Origin: Lingula anatina
Lineage: Eukaryota > Animalia > Brachiopoda
Direction of reading: 5' to 3'
DNA: 64,000 nucleotides
Assembly: GCA_051362555.1 (NCBI GenBank)
Contig: CM120648.1
Span: forward strand, 14,628,587-14,692,586
In this document: positions 47,032-60,292 of the stretch, one piece after another
Position numbering within the stretch: the first letter of the stretch is position 1
Layout: the number at the start of each line of letters is the position of its first letter
Translations under genes and position numbers: made by a program
Notes under the pieces: generated by a model
Seen by the model: only the letters and a program-made list of their open reading frames with translations
Database searches by the model: none
What the model was told of the DNA's origin: nothing

Positions 47032-47240
47032 CCCTCAAGTGACCGAGTGGGGTCATTTACGACCCCAGCCATATGATTTAATGTGCCATCTCTTTATTTT
47101 TTATTCGAATTTTCTTTCCTTGCATGAGTTTGTCAGTCTACTAATCCTATACACTTTCACAGTTTTTTGTAGGGATCAACCAATTAGTGTGGCGTATACA
47201 TCAAAAACTCTTGTGGGGTCATTTATGACCCCAAAGAGAA
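47032..47240. mobile_element. Single end of a piggyBac-like element
   Basis: TTAA|CCCTCAAGTGACCGAGTGGGGTCATTTACGACCCC with the GGGGTCATTTAYGACCCC palindrome repeated at ~47215; partner end not found. Confidence 0.5.
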
Positions 47241-48029
47241 GCATTGGTTTTTACATATTAGTTTTTAAATTTTATTCAAATGTTTTGCCCAAGCAACACT
47301 GACAGGAAAATGTCACATGCATGTGCTTCATGCAACCAGCCAGTGTGCCCAAAACATAGGCACAAATAAGTGGTTTGTGAAGATTATGCTTGAAGTGTTA
47401 CTAATAGTGCATCGCTGAATCTAATTTCAGTAGCTTTGTTGGAACTTGTTCTCATAACTGGGTCTCTCATTTTGACGGTTACAATTTTCGGGTATTTCTG
47501 AAATCTAAATAATTCTGTCGATATCATATTATACATATATTAACAAATTGTTTGTGTGGATTTTGTTTTATACACAGCTGTGGTAGTAGGTTGATTGAAT
47601 GTGTTCTGAGTAGTATGACTTCCTTACCAGCATTTGGACATTCCCTACTCAGCAAGCCAGCTAATTATTCTTATTGAAGTTAGCAGGATGTTATCTCAAC
47701 ATAAATCAAAATATTTTTACTCAAAGTAAATTTGTAATGTACTTTTTTCATTTAGAGTGGCAAATAAAAAGAGAAATATTTCTCCAGGTTGAATCTCTCT
47801 GTATGTCTGAACAGTATTTGTAGACATTCCCTTACTATCCAGCCCTGGAAATATGAACATAACCGCTCGTGCCTCTTTCTCTCCAAAAGTGTCGTGTAAT
47901 GTTCGGACATACGTACGACGTAGTCAAAATACCTTGAACTTCCTTACCTTGTTGTGCACGATATGTTGCAATGAAAAGGTCGCAGAAATAAACCTGTTGC
48001 ACTATGCATGTATGCTTAAGGCTGCTTAC

Positions 48030-48652
48030 AGTGTATATGTTATAATGCGTGCAGTGTAGATGTTATAATGTGCATAGTGTAGATGTTATGATGCTCACAG
48101 TGTATGTTATAATACGTGCAGTGTAGATGTTACAATGCGCATAGAGTATATGTTATAATGCGTGCAATGTATATGTTATAATGTGCATAGGGTAGATGTT
48201 ATGATGCTCACAGTGTGTTATAATACGTGCGCATTATAACATATGTTATAATGCGCACAGTGTATATGTTATAATGCGCATAGTGTATATGTTATAATGC
48301 GTGCGATGCATATGTTATAATGTGCATAGTGTAGATGTTATGATGCTCACAGTGTGTTATAATACGTGCAGTGTAGATGTTACAATGCGCATACAGTATG
48401 TGTTATAATGCGCACAATGTAGATGTTGTATAATGTGCATAGTGTATGTGTTATAATGCGTGAAGAGTATATGTTATAATGCGCACAGTGTAGATGTTAT
48501 AATGCGCATAGTGTATATGTTATAATGCGTGCAATGTATATATTATAATGCGCACAGTGTAGATGTTATGATGCTCAGTGTATGTTATAATGCGCACAGT
48601 GTAGATGTTATAATGCGTGTAGTTTATATGTTATAATGCGTACAGTATAGAT
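48030..48652. repeat. ~24-25-bp minisatellite (AGTGTAKATGTTATAATGCGYRC) with one inverted unit
   Basis: Direct. Confidence 0.92.
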
Positions 48653-50021
48653 GGAAAAGGTTATAACCCACGTTCCTTCTCAGGGTTTACACATCATTCA
48701 AATGCAAAACACCTCTTCTCGGCAACATGTCGGAAAGTTTTGAGATAACCAAAGAGCATGCCCAGTCTATTATAAAAAACATACAACAACACGGGTGAGG
48801 CGAGGGCAGTTCAATTCACTTGTATATAACCTGTCAATCTCCACTCTGGTATTTATCAGCTCGCCAATCTCTCCCTCTTGGCATCTTAAACACATGCTTC
48901 TTCTCGCTCCAAGTCTCCCATTAGTTGTTATCTGTTCATCTTATAACAGGGATGGAGCTTGGCTCGCTGGGGGATGCCACACCGCCATTACCACATTACT
49001 GAGAGGTGCTGAAGCAGCTTGATGCACAATTTCAGGGGATTTCAGAAAGAAATTAGCTATCGATTGTATACTGTGATGATAACGTTTTTCCACTTGTCTT
49101 AAACTAAAAATGAGTGCAACTATTGCTCATTTATGGCTGATATAAGGAATATAAGAAACTTCTAACGAGGAGCACCGTTTGTTTTCCTCAAAAGGATAAT
49201 TCATGAGACATGCGTTGCGTATTTTCAGCTTTGTTTTTGAATAGGTAGCCATGAGAATTATTTGCATTTAAACCTTGAACTAATATATTGTACTTAATTA
49301 AGTAAATTTGTAAATTAGCAACATGGATGACCTTTACAAGATGGAGGAAAACGAAATTTTTCAGCAACTGATACATGGAGGCTACCAGTGATTATGTTGG
49401 ATCGAAACCTATGATGATAGTTTTTTGTCATGGATGAACGTATTCATTAAGAATGAACCATATGGTAAAATTTAGACACACTATAAGCTGCCATGGGGAT
49501 GTCCATGTGAAACATATACATCACATACATTAACTGAATTTGAGAGTTGCAAAAAAGACTTAAGTGACCATATATACAAACACCATACCGGTCTCAATGT
49601 TGTTACAGGCCCAGACATGCGCAGTAGCACTGGCTGTGGCTGTGTGCCCAACTCTCAGGAGGATAATACACCGGAAGATTTGACTTCTTCACAACCCTGA
49701 TAGATCCTAGGGGAGCTGTACCCTTTCCATTCCTATACGGTTCATTTATAAGTGAACGTAAAGTGACACCATTCTGCCTCATTAATTCAGCTGAACCATT
49801 GCTATTTCTACTGGGTACCTCAGAATGATTGTTGGATACTTCGTTTTCTTTTAGGTCAGGCAAATGTATGGTTAAATTTCACCAAAATATTGTTATATAG
49901 CAAAGGTTTGTATGTTGCCAAATTTTTACTTGTTTAAATCTTCGATGTCTTAATTCACTTTGAATTCTAAATAATTTCATCACAACCATTGTGGCAAGAG
50001 CATCTTTGAGAATCAATGAAT

Positions 50022-50495
50022 TCAAGTGAAGTTGACTTTGGTCGTTAAGAAATCTTTGATCTGTTGCTTGGAACTATTTTTCACCAATCCCTCCCCCCTC
50101 CAGCAGTCTTGAGTTATCATTTCTCCTATGGAGTTGTAGATTGACATTAATGAAGTCGATAACGCGGTTATGATAACTGTGCGATTTGTGTTATCACATA
50201 ATCTTGAGAGACAATTATCTGTGACATAATAAGAAAAAGTCTGCCATCGTCTCGACACTTCAGTGCCGTAATGAACTTCGTGCTCGCACGCGAGACAAAT
50301 ACGAAAAGCAATTATCCCCGTTTCTTTCCCAAAAAGACCCCCATCACGGAGTCTCGCCTCGTTGCCTAACATGATCGAATTTGAGATAAAAAATGATATT
50401 TCAGAAAATCGAAGAATAACGAGATTTCTAATATGTATGCCCTGGATTGCGGAGAAACATTCGGCGGCGCTGCTTAAAGTTTCCTCGGCAGTCAT
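50022..50495 (-). pseudogene. Cys/His-containing ORF, probably a decayed 5' part of a DNA-transposon gene
   Basis: 157-aa ATG-initiated ORF about 135 bp inside a GGTTTCCT|TTAA end; GLF...IC..C.H..HYG...RRW...R.I....S.......IG..I..DC pattern; family assignment is from memory and unverified. Confidence 0.3.
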
Positions 50496-51149
50496 TTTGT
50501 TTTAATCAAGTGAGGACATCTTCCTCTGACCTTCTCCGCTATGACTGGCTAGTAAAACACGTGTACAGTTAGATTTACGTAAAGAAGGAAAACAGTTGGA
50601 AGTTATTCTATATTAAGCGTCGGTTTCCTTTAAATAGCTTACTATAGCTTTTGCCACGTGTCTGTCTCGTTTTCTCATTTTCTCGACGGTTATGATCTTG
50701 TTTGGGTTTGGCAATAGGATTCAAAGTAACTCCATGTAACCTGCAAAAGACCCTCACCATTTTCATCACACCCCCACATGATTGATGACAGAGAATTTCT
50801 TCATCACTTTTTTAAGTAAATGCGATATTTTCTTCATCATTGTTTTGTATTACTGCGAGAGATAGTACTAAATGAAATATGAAAACCTCATGACGTTGTC
50901 ATGAAACTACCAAAAAAAGAATAAAACACTTGAATATGTCACACAGCACATCATCACTGGCGCTGATGTAAATGTCGAGCCGGTCACCACTCCAGGCTTG
51001 TTATTTCATCACACCTTGTCAGGAAATTAAGCATAGCACATTTATTTATAGATCTCTTAAAAAAAGGTAAAAAATAACCCCTAGAAAATTGAGTATGAAT
51101 TGAGTACGAAATTAAATATCTTCCTAACCCCGAGTAATCCGTCTAGTGT

Positions 51150-51183
<34 letters not shown>

Positions 51184-51909
51184 GACATATTAGTACAATA
51201 TTTTGAAATCTAAACATAGACGAGCAAATGTTTAACTTAAAGGCTGCTAATTTTCCTACAGATAAACAGTTATAAATGTCAGTATTATAGACAGATATAC
51301 GTTTTTATGCAAGGTGGTGCGGTGCGCCACAACCCTCTCGGCCACAACGAGACACTCGGCTATGAATATCATGCTCTTTACCAAGAGGTTAAGTAACATT
51401 GATAAACACACGAAGAAGTACGGAGAATGTCAGTTTGCTGTATGGGGAATAAACCTGATGCCAGCCAGGGGGTACCAGTGAATAGTTTATATACGTTATT
51501 GTGTTCCTGACACAACTGTCGTAACTGAAGATGTGGCATTTCTTTAAATGTGCCTTTATGGAAACGGTGTCACAATGCCTCAGTTGATATGATTTAAAAG
51601 TCTACATTTTACTTAAGACCCTTGCCTTCCAATTACCTTCCTGGCTACAACACTATACTACCTGCCCAGTGTCTGTCGTCAAACATTTCTTTTCGATGTA
51701 GAAAAGACTTACAATTAAAATTGCACAATATCTGACCAAAACCAAGTAAAAGGAACCGGCACAGAGAACTTGTGTGTATAGATTCTCACCCATCCGTTTC
51801 AGTGCTTTAGAATTTGTTTTGTCCATCAAATGGCCTTAATCGCAAATCATACAGTGGGTATACTATTACATTAGATAATGTGTTGTTGCTTACTTGACAT
51901 GTCAATATA

Positions 51910-53573
51910 CAGGGTTACCACTTAATATGGAATATTATTTTTGGGCGAGTAAATTTTCTACAAAATATTTAATTTCTTTCTAACTACTTTAAATCCAAAG
52001 CTGAGGTGTCACTCCATGTGTAGCCAGGTGTGTTACCTAATTACTACACAACTCTTGAAACAATTGATGCATGCAGTTGCATGTTCTGTGGTCAGAAATG
52101 TGAGGGGTGGCCTTTGCGGCAATTTCTGCCCTTGTATAAAAACGCATGGGTTTGATCAATCTTTGGAGTGCGTTTAGAGAAGCAACAAAGGGATCGCTCT
52201 GAAACTTGACAGGTACCTTAGTGAAGATATGATTCGACAGCTAAGCAACGCAGCTTACTATGGGATTCTTGCTCTCAGAGAAAATGGCCAGAAACAGACA
52301 GCCATTGCCAGGTAATTCAACATTTATCAGGAACCGTTTGTGAAGTCCTCCAAAGAAATGCTGCAACAGGGGCACCTACTCCAATACCTCGACCAGGGTG
52401 TCCGCGTATCACACCAAGAAGACAGGATCGCCTTCTCCTTAGAGGACGCCGTGCTGGTCGTACAAAGACAACCAGTGTCCTCAGAAAAGAGAGGCAGAAT
52501 GTCATACAAACGCCCGTTTCAAGGTCCCTCGTGAACAAGAGATTACTGGAAGCCGGTTATTTTGCACGAAAGCCAGTAGGGAAACCACTGTTAACAGCAG
52601 GTCATATACAGCGACGTCTGCAATGGGCTGGGGACCACGTGCGTTTGGAGCCAAACCACTGGAATCACGTCGTTTTCAGTGATGAGGCCAGGTATGGATT
52701 TTTTAGGGTTGATGGTCGAATCCGTGTCCACCGACGTGTACGAGGGACATAAAACGATGATTGTGTACTGCCTAGGGTGCAAGCAGGGGATGGTAACGTC
52801 TCTGTTTGGGGAGCATTTCATGTCGGTGCCCAGAACCAGTTGGTTTTTCTAGGAGGCAACCTCATCCAGGATTCTTACATAGACATTCTACAGCAAACAA
52901 TGCTTCGATTGGTAAGAGTCATCTTCAGGAACACCTTTGTGTACCAAGACGACTGCGCAACTCCACATCGAGGCCGCAGAATCACTGGTTTTCTTCAAAA
53001 CCAACGAGTTCAGCAACTGCCCTGGCCTGCAAACTCTCCAGATATGAACCCAATTGAAAATCTTTGGGCGGAAGTAACTCACATAATTAATAGCTATGGT
53101 CATCGGTCGGTAAATAGTGATGAACTGCGACAGGCAAATATCACTGCGTTGAATGATATCCCCATCCAAACCTCTAAAAAACGTGTCACAGGGTATGCCA
53201 TGTAGGATGAGGGCGCTGCAAGTGGCTGCTTCAGGTCATACCCGCAATTACTGACTTTTCATGATTTACTGTAGTGAGATCTTTGACTGTGTAACATATC
53301 ACTGTCTGGAGGCTATCATTTTCTTTAATATCTTATCTTAAAGTTTATACTGACATCAAACTGTTGATATGGTTTTCTGGGGGTGTCCCTTTCTTTTGGA
53401 TGGCATCTTATGTCAGATTTGATATTATTGACCAAAATATCTCACAACAGAAGACTGGATGTTTTTATCACTCAGTGGCATACTTTTTTAATGACTCAAG
53501 CCAAAAAAAAAAAATTAATCTGCACTCAAAAATAACAATGATAAAAAATATTCCATATTAAGTAGCAACCCTG
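51910..53573 (+). mobile_element. Tc1/mariner element (DD34E), full length but inactivated
   Basis: TA|CAGGGTTACCACTTAATATGGAATATT...AATATTCCATATTAAGTAGCAACCCTG|TA; 27-bp TIRs with 2 mismatches; 1664 bp. Confidence 0.95.
52229..53250 (+). pseudogene. Tc1 transposase pseudogene
   Basis: VVFSDEARY, VSVWGAF, YQDDCATPH and WPANSPDMNPIENLW (34 residues between D2 and E); stops at 52313-52315 and 52750-52752 plus frameshifts. Confidence 0.93.
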
Positions 53574-54786
53574 TATGTACATGTAACCGCGACTATGTCT
53601 GCCTACGTGTATGTATACTGAAAGAAGTTAGGGAACATCCCCTTTTAAGATGCCAAAGTTTCAACCACGCCTGCTGCTGTCAAAATTTAGCAATTCTGAG
53701 ACAATCATCATTCTGTATTGGATGAAATTTCTTCTTTAATTGTGTTGCAAAAAAAAAAAAATGCACTCATTAAAATTAATAATTATGATTATTTTATGGG
53801 GTAAAATACATTAAAATTGGGTAAAATTAAGTGATAATAATAATGGTGATCTGTCCAGGTTATACTACATGAATAAAATCCCGATTCAGTTGTCATTCTT
53901 CTGTGGGATAGGCCCATGGAGACATTCTACAAGTTGACAATGATATCAACGTGCAAGAGTTGCTAAAGATTTCCTTTTGCAGTGGAACATCTACAGAATG
54001 AACTTGTCTGCCTATTGCACCCTTATGAAACCTCTTAGAGCTATGGTTTTATCACAAGATCGAGAGGCATGGCGATCCATGACAGCCAACCTGCTGAGAC
54101 AGAATGGCACCCAATGATGATGGTGATAATGATGATCTATAAGTGTAAAGATGTACGTACACGTGATGGAACAGTCGACGGGCAAGAGATTGGGGAATCG
54201 CTGGGGTCTGGGCCATCCCCAAGCACTGGGAATGAAATGTAGACATTTCAGGCCAAACAGGTCCTTTGTCAGCCTCAGCCCACCCTGCGCCAAGGCTTGA
54301 CAGCATGGGGTCACAGTTATGCACAATGAGTACGAAATTTTGACCGTCCGTGAGATCTTGTTCATCTCAACTAGTCGGGTTTTTGTGTTTTGACCAAAAT
54401 GATTTAAAAAATCACCAGAAATACCAACTTCAAGAAAATGGCCTGTTTCACGTGAAATGGGATGTGGCTTTCGCTTTAGACTGGCAGTTACATATGCTAT
54501 TCTAATATCAACAGGCTAGCATTTGTTGTTTTCGAGTAGAGATCAAAATGTGACTTCAGTTTCGATCGAAATAAACCCCAACTACAGGCTTTGGTTTTGG
54601 GTAAATAGGGCTATCTTTACTCAAGTACCTGCTCATATAATAATATAGGAGATGATCCTAATGGTTCTCTCATACCAGAGGTTTACATTATATACATGTA
54701 TTACTCCTCGTTGAAAAGGTCTCTCTGCTATTTATGATGCAAACATAAAAAGCAATGTTCACGGGGTAGTTGGTAATGACTTGTTA

Positions 54787-55627
54787 ACTGTAATCAAGGT
54801 TGTCAGGGTAGGTGTACCTACATGTGGTATGGCTCTGTAAGGTTTATACTTACACTGTAATCTAAGTTGTCAGTATATAGGTTTACCTATTTGTGGTATG
54901 GCTCTGTTAGGTTTATACTAACACTGTAATCAAGGTTGTCAGGGTAGGTGTACCTACATGTGGTATGGCTCTGTAAGGTTTATGCTACAAATGTTATCTA
55001 GGTTGTCAGTATATAGGTTTACCATCTTGAGGTATGACTCTGTTGGGTTTATACTAACACTGTAATCAAGATTGTGAGGGTAGGTGTACCTACATGTGGT
55101 ATGGCTCTGTTAGGTTTATACTAACACTGTAATCAAAGTTGTCAGTATATAGGTGTACCTACATGTGGTATGGTTCTGTTAGGTTTATACTAACACCGTA
55201 ATCTAAGTTGTCAGTATATAGGTGTATCTACATGTGGTATGGCCCTGTTGGGTTTATACTAACACTGAAATCTAGGTTGTCAGTATATAGGTGTATCTAC
55301 ATGTGGTATGGCTCTGTTGGGTAAATACTAGCACTGTAATCAAAGTTGTCAGTATATATGTGTATCTACATGTGGTATGGCTCTGTTAGGTTTATACTAA
55401 CACTGTAATCTAAGTTGTCAGTATATAGGTGTATCTACATGTGGTATGGCTCTGTTGGGTTTATGCTAACACTGTAATCTATGTTGTCAGTATATAGGTG
55501 TATCTACATGTGGTATGGCCCTGTTGGTTGTATACTAACACTGTAATCTAGGTTGTCAGTATATAGGTGTATCTACATGTGGTGTGGCTCTGTTGGGTTT
55601 ATTCTAACACTGTTATCTAGGCTGTCA
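54787..55627. repeat. ~67-69-bp minisatellite x~12
   Basis: ACTGTAATCWAGGTTGTCAGTATATAGGTGTAYCTACATGTGGTATGGCTCTGTTRGGTTTATACTAAC units. Confidence 0.93.
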
Positions 55628-57199
55628 TGCTTGTTGGCACATTTGTCTTAAAATAAGCTGTCACAAGGTGCTTGTTCCGCCCTGTAGAAAGTTTATTAGG
55701 GGAGGTGTAACGGTGTAGATTTGTTAATTAAATGGGTAGAGGGTTTGGGGTCATTTAATCCGTATATAATGAACAAAAAACCCTCTTTTAAGGTACACCT
55801 GATATCTGAGGCCTGAGGCTAACTCCTAATTAACATTGGCTTAAGAGCAAGGTGTTCAAGTAAACTGGGTTGTCTTTTTGACTGACTACGGGCATGGAGC
55901 TGACATAAACTTTCGAAATATATGCGTTTTAAGCTGTACCCCTTCACTTTTGCTTTTGTATTGTGTGTTTGTCTTCATCTCAACAGTATTGAAACTACGA
56001 GAACAATAAAATGACTTAATATGGTTTAATTTATTTCATAGTTGTGTATGGACACCCCCTCTCGACAAAAAGTAGCCGATATAACGTTTTCATTTCGATT
56101 TTGCGTTTTGGCTGTCAGTTTCGATTTCTTAAAAGCGAGGCAATGAGTGTGAACAATGAGTGCGTGAAGTTTTTTTAGATACAAGTTTTAAAAAAAAATT
56201 TAAAAAATGCATTTATCTAAAAAAGCTTCAGCTATAAAGGATATAAATCATAAACTGAAGAAAGTCTCTTTGTCAGGTCTATTAAATGCCTTAAATAATA
56301 TTGGGTAGGATAAATGATAGCCTTTATTACCCCGAAGCTGTTTGAGCTACCTAGTTTCATAACGCATGCGTAGAAAAGTTGCGCTGTATGACACAGGATA
56401 GGTGTACACGTGCCTGAGTGAGGAAGATAGCAGTTGACATGAGATTCCTGTTTTTTTAACGTTGCCATAATGTAACTTTATAGCATTGCTATGTTAGAGA
56501 GATAAACATGAAATTAATGTGCTATAGGTTTTAACGTTTGCTATGTTACCTCTTAATGCCATGCAGGTGTTTGAAGGAAAAAGACAAGTTAATGCATCAT
56601 ACATGTACGGCTACCTTCTGACAATGGACTTAAATGGACATGGTTTACCACAGATTAACTACATCATTACATATTTCCCCCGTGTTACCGTATTACAGCT
56701 GATGTATGCGTTGTAACGGTCGTAACAATTGCTCTTAATGGAAACAAATGAGACAAGCGTCAATCCCGGTCCACTGCGTTAACCTGCATTACTGTATACA
56801 TAGTCACAATCACTTCTGTTTGAAAGATTTTTGAATAATATGTTGTTGAACGCTCGGTGGAACGCCGTACTAAATATTTGGCACACAATTCTCAGCGGCA
56901 TAATGCTACCACATCAGTTGATATAAAAAGACAGTTGATACAACCTAAACCCCATTGTCGTATTTACATACTGTGCACATGTTCAGCTGATAGGCGCCAT
57001 ACTGGTGGAGATCTTACATGTACCTCTAATAAACGGAGCTTGGAGCATGAAAATGAAACGAGATTTTAAGATGAAATTTTGCGTAAATGTCCACACGCAC
57101 GCAGTATCGTGTGCTATGGTGATAAACCTATTTCTTTCTGAAGCTTAGTGAAAGGTCTTTCAGGAGTTCTGGTTTACTACCGAAGGCTGTGAGTGGCGC

Positions 57200-57238
<39 letters not shown>

Positions 57239-58480
57239 TGAATGTGCGCTTATTTTACAGCGGACTCCGTAGTTGTTTATGAACGCAGCAGGAGAGCTGG
57301 CCGCTGGCAACCGTCTCCCGTCGGAGGGACTCTATGGGCAAGGGGGGAGGGGGGCTCACACGTTTTTTACTTACAGTAAAAGCACATAATGCATGCCTTG
57401 TAGAACGTATTTAAGGAAGAGTAGTACCATCTTGTCCTCCAGCTTGACACAGTTTTGAAACCCGCGGTTAAGTGAAGGTTCAGTGGTTTTTTTCTCTCGT
57501 CAGATTGTTAAAGAGTTGCCTAGTGTCAGAAAGAGGACCAAAAATATCCTTTACCCCAGAACTTTCACTTAAGATTACTTTTTCGCTCGGAAATTTTACA
57601 CAGGGACCCTTTTAGTTAAATAGCTGATACGATATGTGAACTACGACTTAAATTTCACGCTTAGCTTTGAGAAACACAACACTAGTTTCAGTAAATGTCA
57701 CGAGTGGCTACCCCACACAGGTTCTGTTGTTTGTTTTAAGGCAATGTTATGGCATGTTCTTGTTTACGGCTTCATCTCACTGGAATGTGAACCTCTGCCT
57801 TCTACACCCAGAGAGCATATGGTGCCATTAACGTCAGCAAGCTGCGTTCCTTGTTCAAAAGAAATTCGTTTCAGGTTTTATTTACTAGATTATCTAATCC
57901 ATTCTGGTGTGTATTGCTCACGTTTGGGATCTAGTAGGATCTGAGTATTTATCAATACATCTGAATATAATTCAGTCAGCTGCTATTAAGATAAACAGAT
58001 AAATTTGGCATTTTGTCATGATCTATCTGAGACCGCACACAAAACCACACATGGCGTGTCTTTATTATTGGAACAGTGACACTTGAATCGACACACGTAT
58101 GGTACACAACTATACAGTCTTATTTCCTTTTCCTACTGATATTTATTTCCCATTACTAAGTTGTGCAATGATCCGTAGCTCTCTCTCTCTCTCTCTCTCT
58201 CTGTATGTGTGTGTTTGGTTTAAAGCGTATATATTTCGAAATGTTTAATTACTTTGCAAGGTACATTAAAATGCCATACAAAGTACGCACTGCAATCTAC
58301 ATCTGTTCCATTTTCCCCAAAACATATTCAAATGCACCGTTTATAATCTGAACCTCGTAACAACATTAACGGCGATAAAGATTACACTCTAGCGCTGTAG
58401 TCCTGGCTATTTAGGATGAAACACATTTTGATATTCCCTATGGACATAACAACTGATAACACTGTGTTAGACACATTATA

Positions 58481-59085
58481 TCAGGTACACAGAACGTCAA
58501 GTCCAACTAAGTATAGCTTAACCGTTTTAGTGCTACATGTGCTTAAAATCGTTCTCGACTCCTGAATAATTGTTAGATTTATATTGCCTGGTAAACTTGG
58601 TCTGTTCTTCTTGAACCAACTGCCAATAGTCCTACACTTCATGTTAGAGCAATTAACTGAGAAGTTCTCGACCTCAAGGTACAGCATCATGAATCTATGC
58701 ATTATTGGCATTGGAACCTCGTGTAAGAAAAACTGCTGGAGGTCGCCAAATGGCGCCTGTTCAGACAAGGAGGTGTCTGCTGTCCGTAAACATCAGTGTC
58801 TCCTGAGGTCTGTAGACATGGTCCAGTGAACCACCTTATGCTCTAACTGCCATTGTTTGACAGTAGGTATGAGATATCGGTGCGTAAAATATGCCCGGTA
58901 GAGATTGCCTTGAAAAAAGAATCACATTATCTTCACAACTGGTGCATGAATACCCCCCGACGTCATTGAAAAGAAAAAAGCTACATGAAGCCAGCTGCAG
59001 AGTCTTTGTTGCAACTGGAGTCGTGACCAGAACATTAAGAGAACATGGAAATGTTCAGGATTGCCTGTCTTGGTCTGCCTGCAAC
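58481..59085. mobile_element. Possible decayed Tc1 HTH-region fragments
   Basis: Minus-strand KKNRPSLPGNI...STKTVKLYL and plus-strand LREHGNVQD resemble Tc1 N-terminal motifs; no TIRs found. Confidence 0.3.
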
Positions 59086-59196
59086 GAACTTTGTTTCATG
59101 CACAGACACAATCATCATATTTACATTTTCACCAGGTGCTATTGGAACACAATATTTCAACACATGTTTTATCTTTCTATATTTATTTGTTCATAA

Positions 59197-60292
59197 GGCC
59201 ACGCTTTTTTATTTTTATGGATGACATCCTCTGGGGACCCCAAAATCGGTGCGAGCGGTGCAAAAAAAAAAAAAAAAAAAAAAAACAGTCCAAAAAAAAA
59301 AAAAAACTGCTTAAGAAAAGGTATGTTTTCAGTACACAGCTGGAAACACTAATTTACCACAGAAACACGTATCAAACTAACAACATGTCTTTATCCATGC
59401 TCTCAAAATATTAAAGCATTGTTAATAGGGACTACTTCGTAGAAAGGTAAAAAGTCATGAATATATATATGCTGCATATTACCAAATCTATTTAAGGTTA
59501 TTTCATGCATTCTGTTGGTATAGCAATCAATAAAACAAATATCAAATAAACAGCGTGTCTTTATTTGTACTCTCAGAAAATTTAAGCATTGTGAACACTT
59601 CACAGAATTGTTAAAGAATGAAGCAAAGATAGGCCTATGCTTCCTACTACCAAATCTAAAAAAGGTAATGTCGGTCGATGCCATTTTGTCTACTTCGACT
59701 CACACGTAGCAGCCAACTATCGGGTGGCCTGTCCGACCTTCAGTCCACCAAATACCACGACGCTCTTGTCGACCCTTTCTTCACTACAAAAAAAAACCTG
59801 GTAGGCCTAAGCCTATGTGCTGCTTTGGACAGATTGTCACTGAAATTTTCCGGGCGATGATCGCTGGCCGCGGCCAGCCTTTCGTATAATTGTAAAAAGG
59901 TGATATCTCCATGTCCAATATCAATGGCAAACCAATCCAAAACGACGGCCCCCGTTCTCTTTATGACTTTAATTGTCGTGTATTTTGAAATTAATGCTAG
60001 AGATGAATTTGACGGCAAAGCGGCCATATTTCCACGTGGTGAAAATACGCATGCGCAGAAAGCTCATTTTCCGCACTCGGAACTACTCGGATGTCTCCGC
60101 AGGCGCCAATGACAGCATGGAGCTTGCGGAATTAGCCGAGGATTGCCGATTGCATTTTCCCGCAAATTCAATAACGACGTTCGCGACAACCGACTTCCTT
60201 GGAGGGGGGGGGGATTTTTTTTTTTTTTTGGAGAACGGACGAAAATCGGTGCGCGCGCAGGATGTCATCCATAAAATTAAAAAAGTGTGGCC
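59197..60292. mobile_element. Non-autonomous PIF/Harbinger-type element (1.1 kb)
   Basis: TAA|GGCCACGCTTTTTTATTTTTATGGATGACATCCT...AGGATGTCATCCATAAAATTAAAAAAGTGTGGCC|TAA; 3-bp TAA TSD. Confidence 0.85.

Noticed and set aside
48795-49022. NRDG motif suggesting a Penelope GIY-YIG C-terminus
   Set aside because: A four-residue match only
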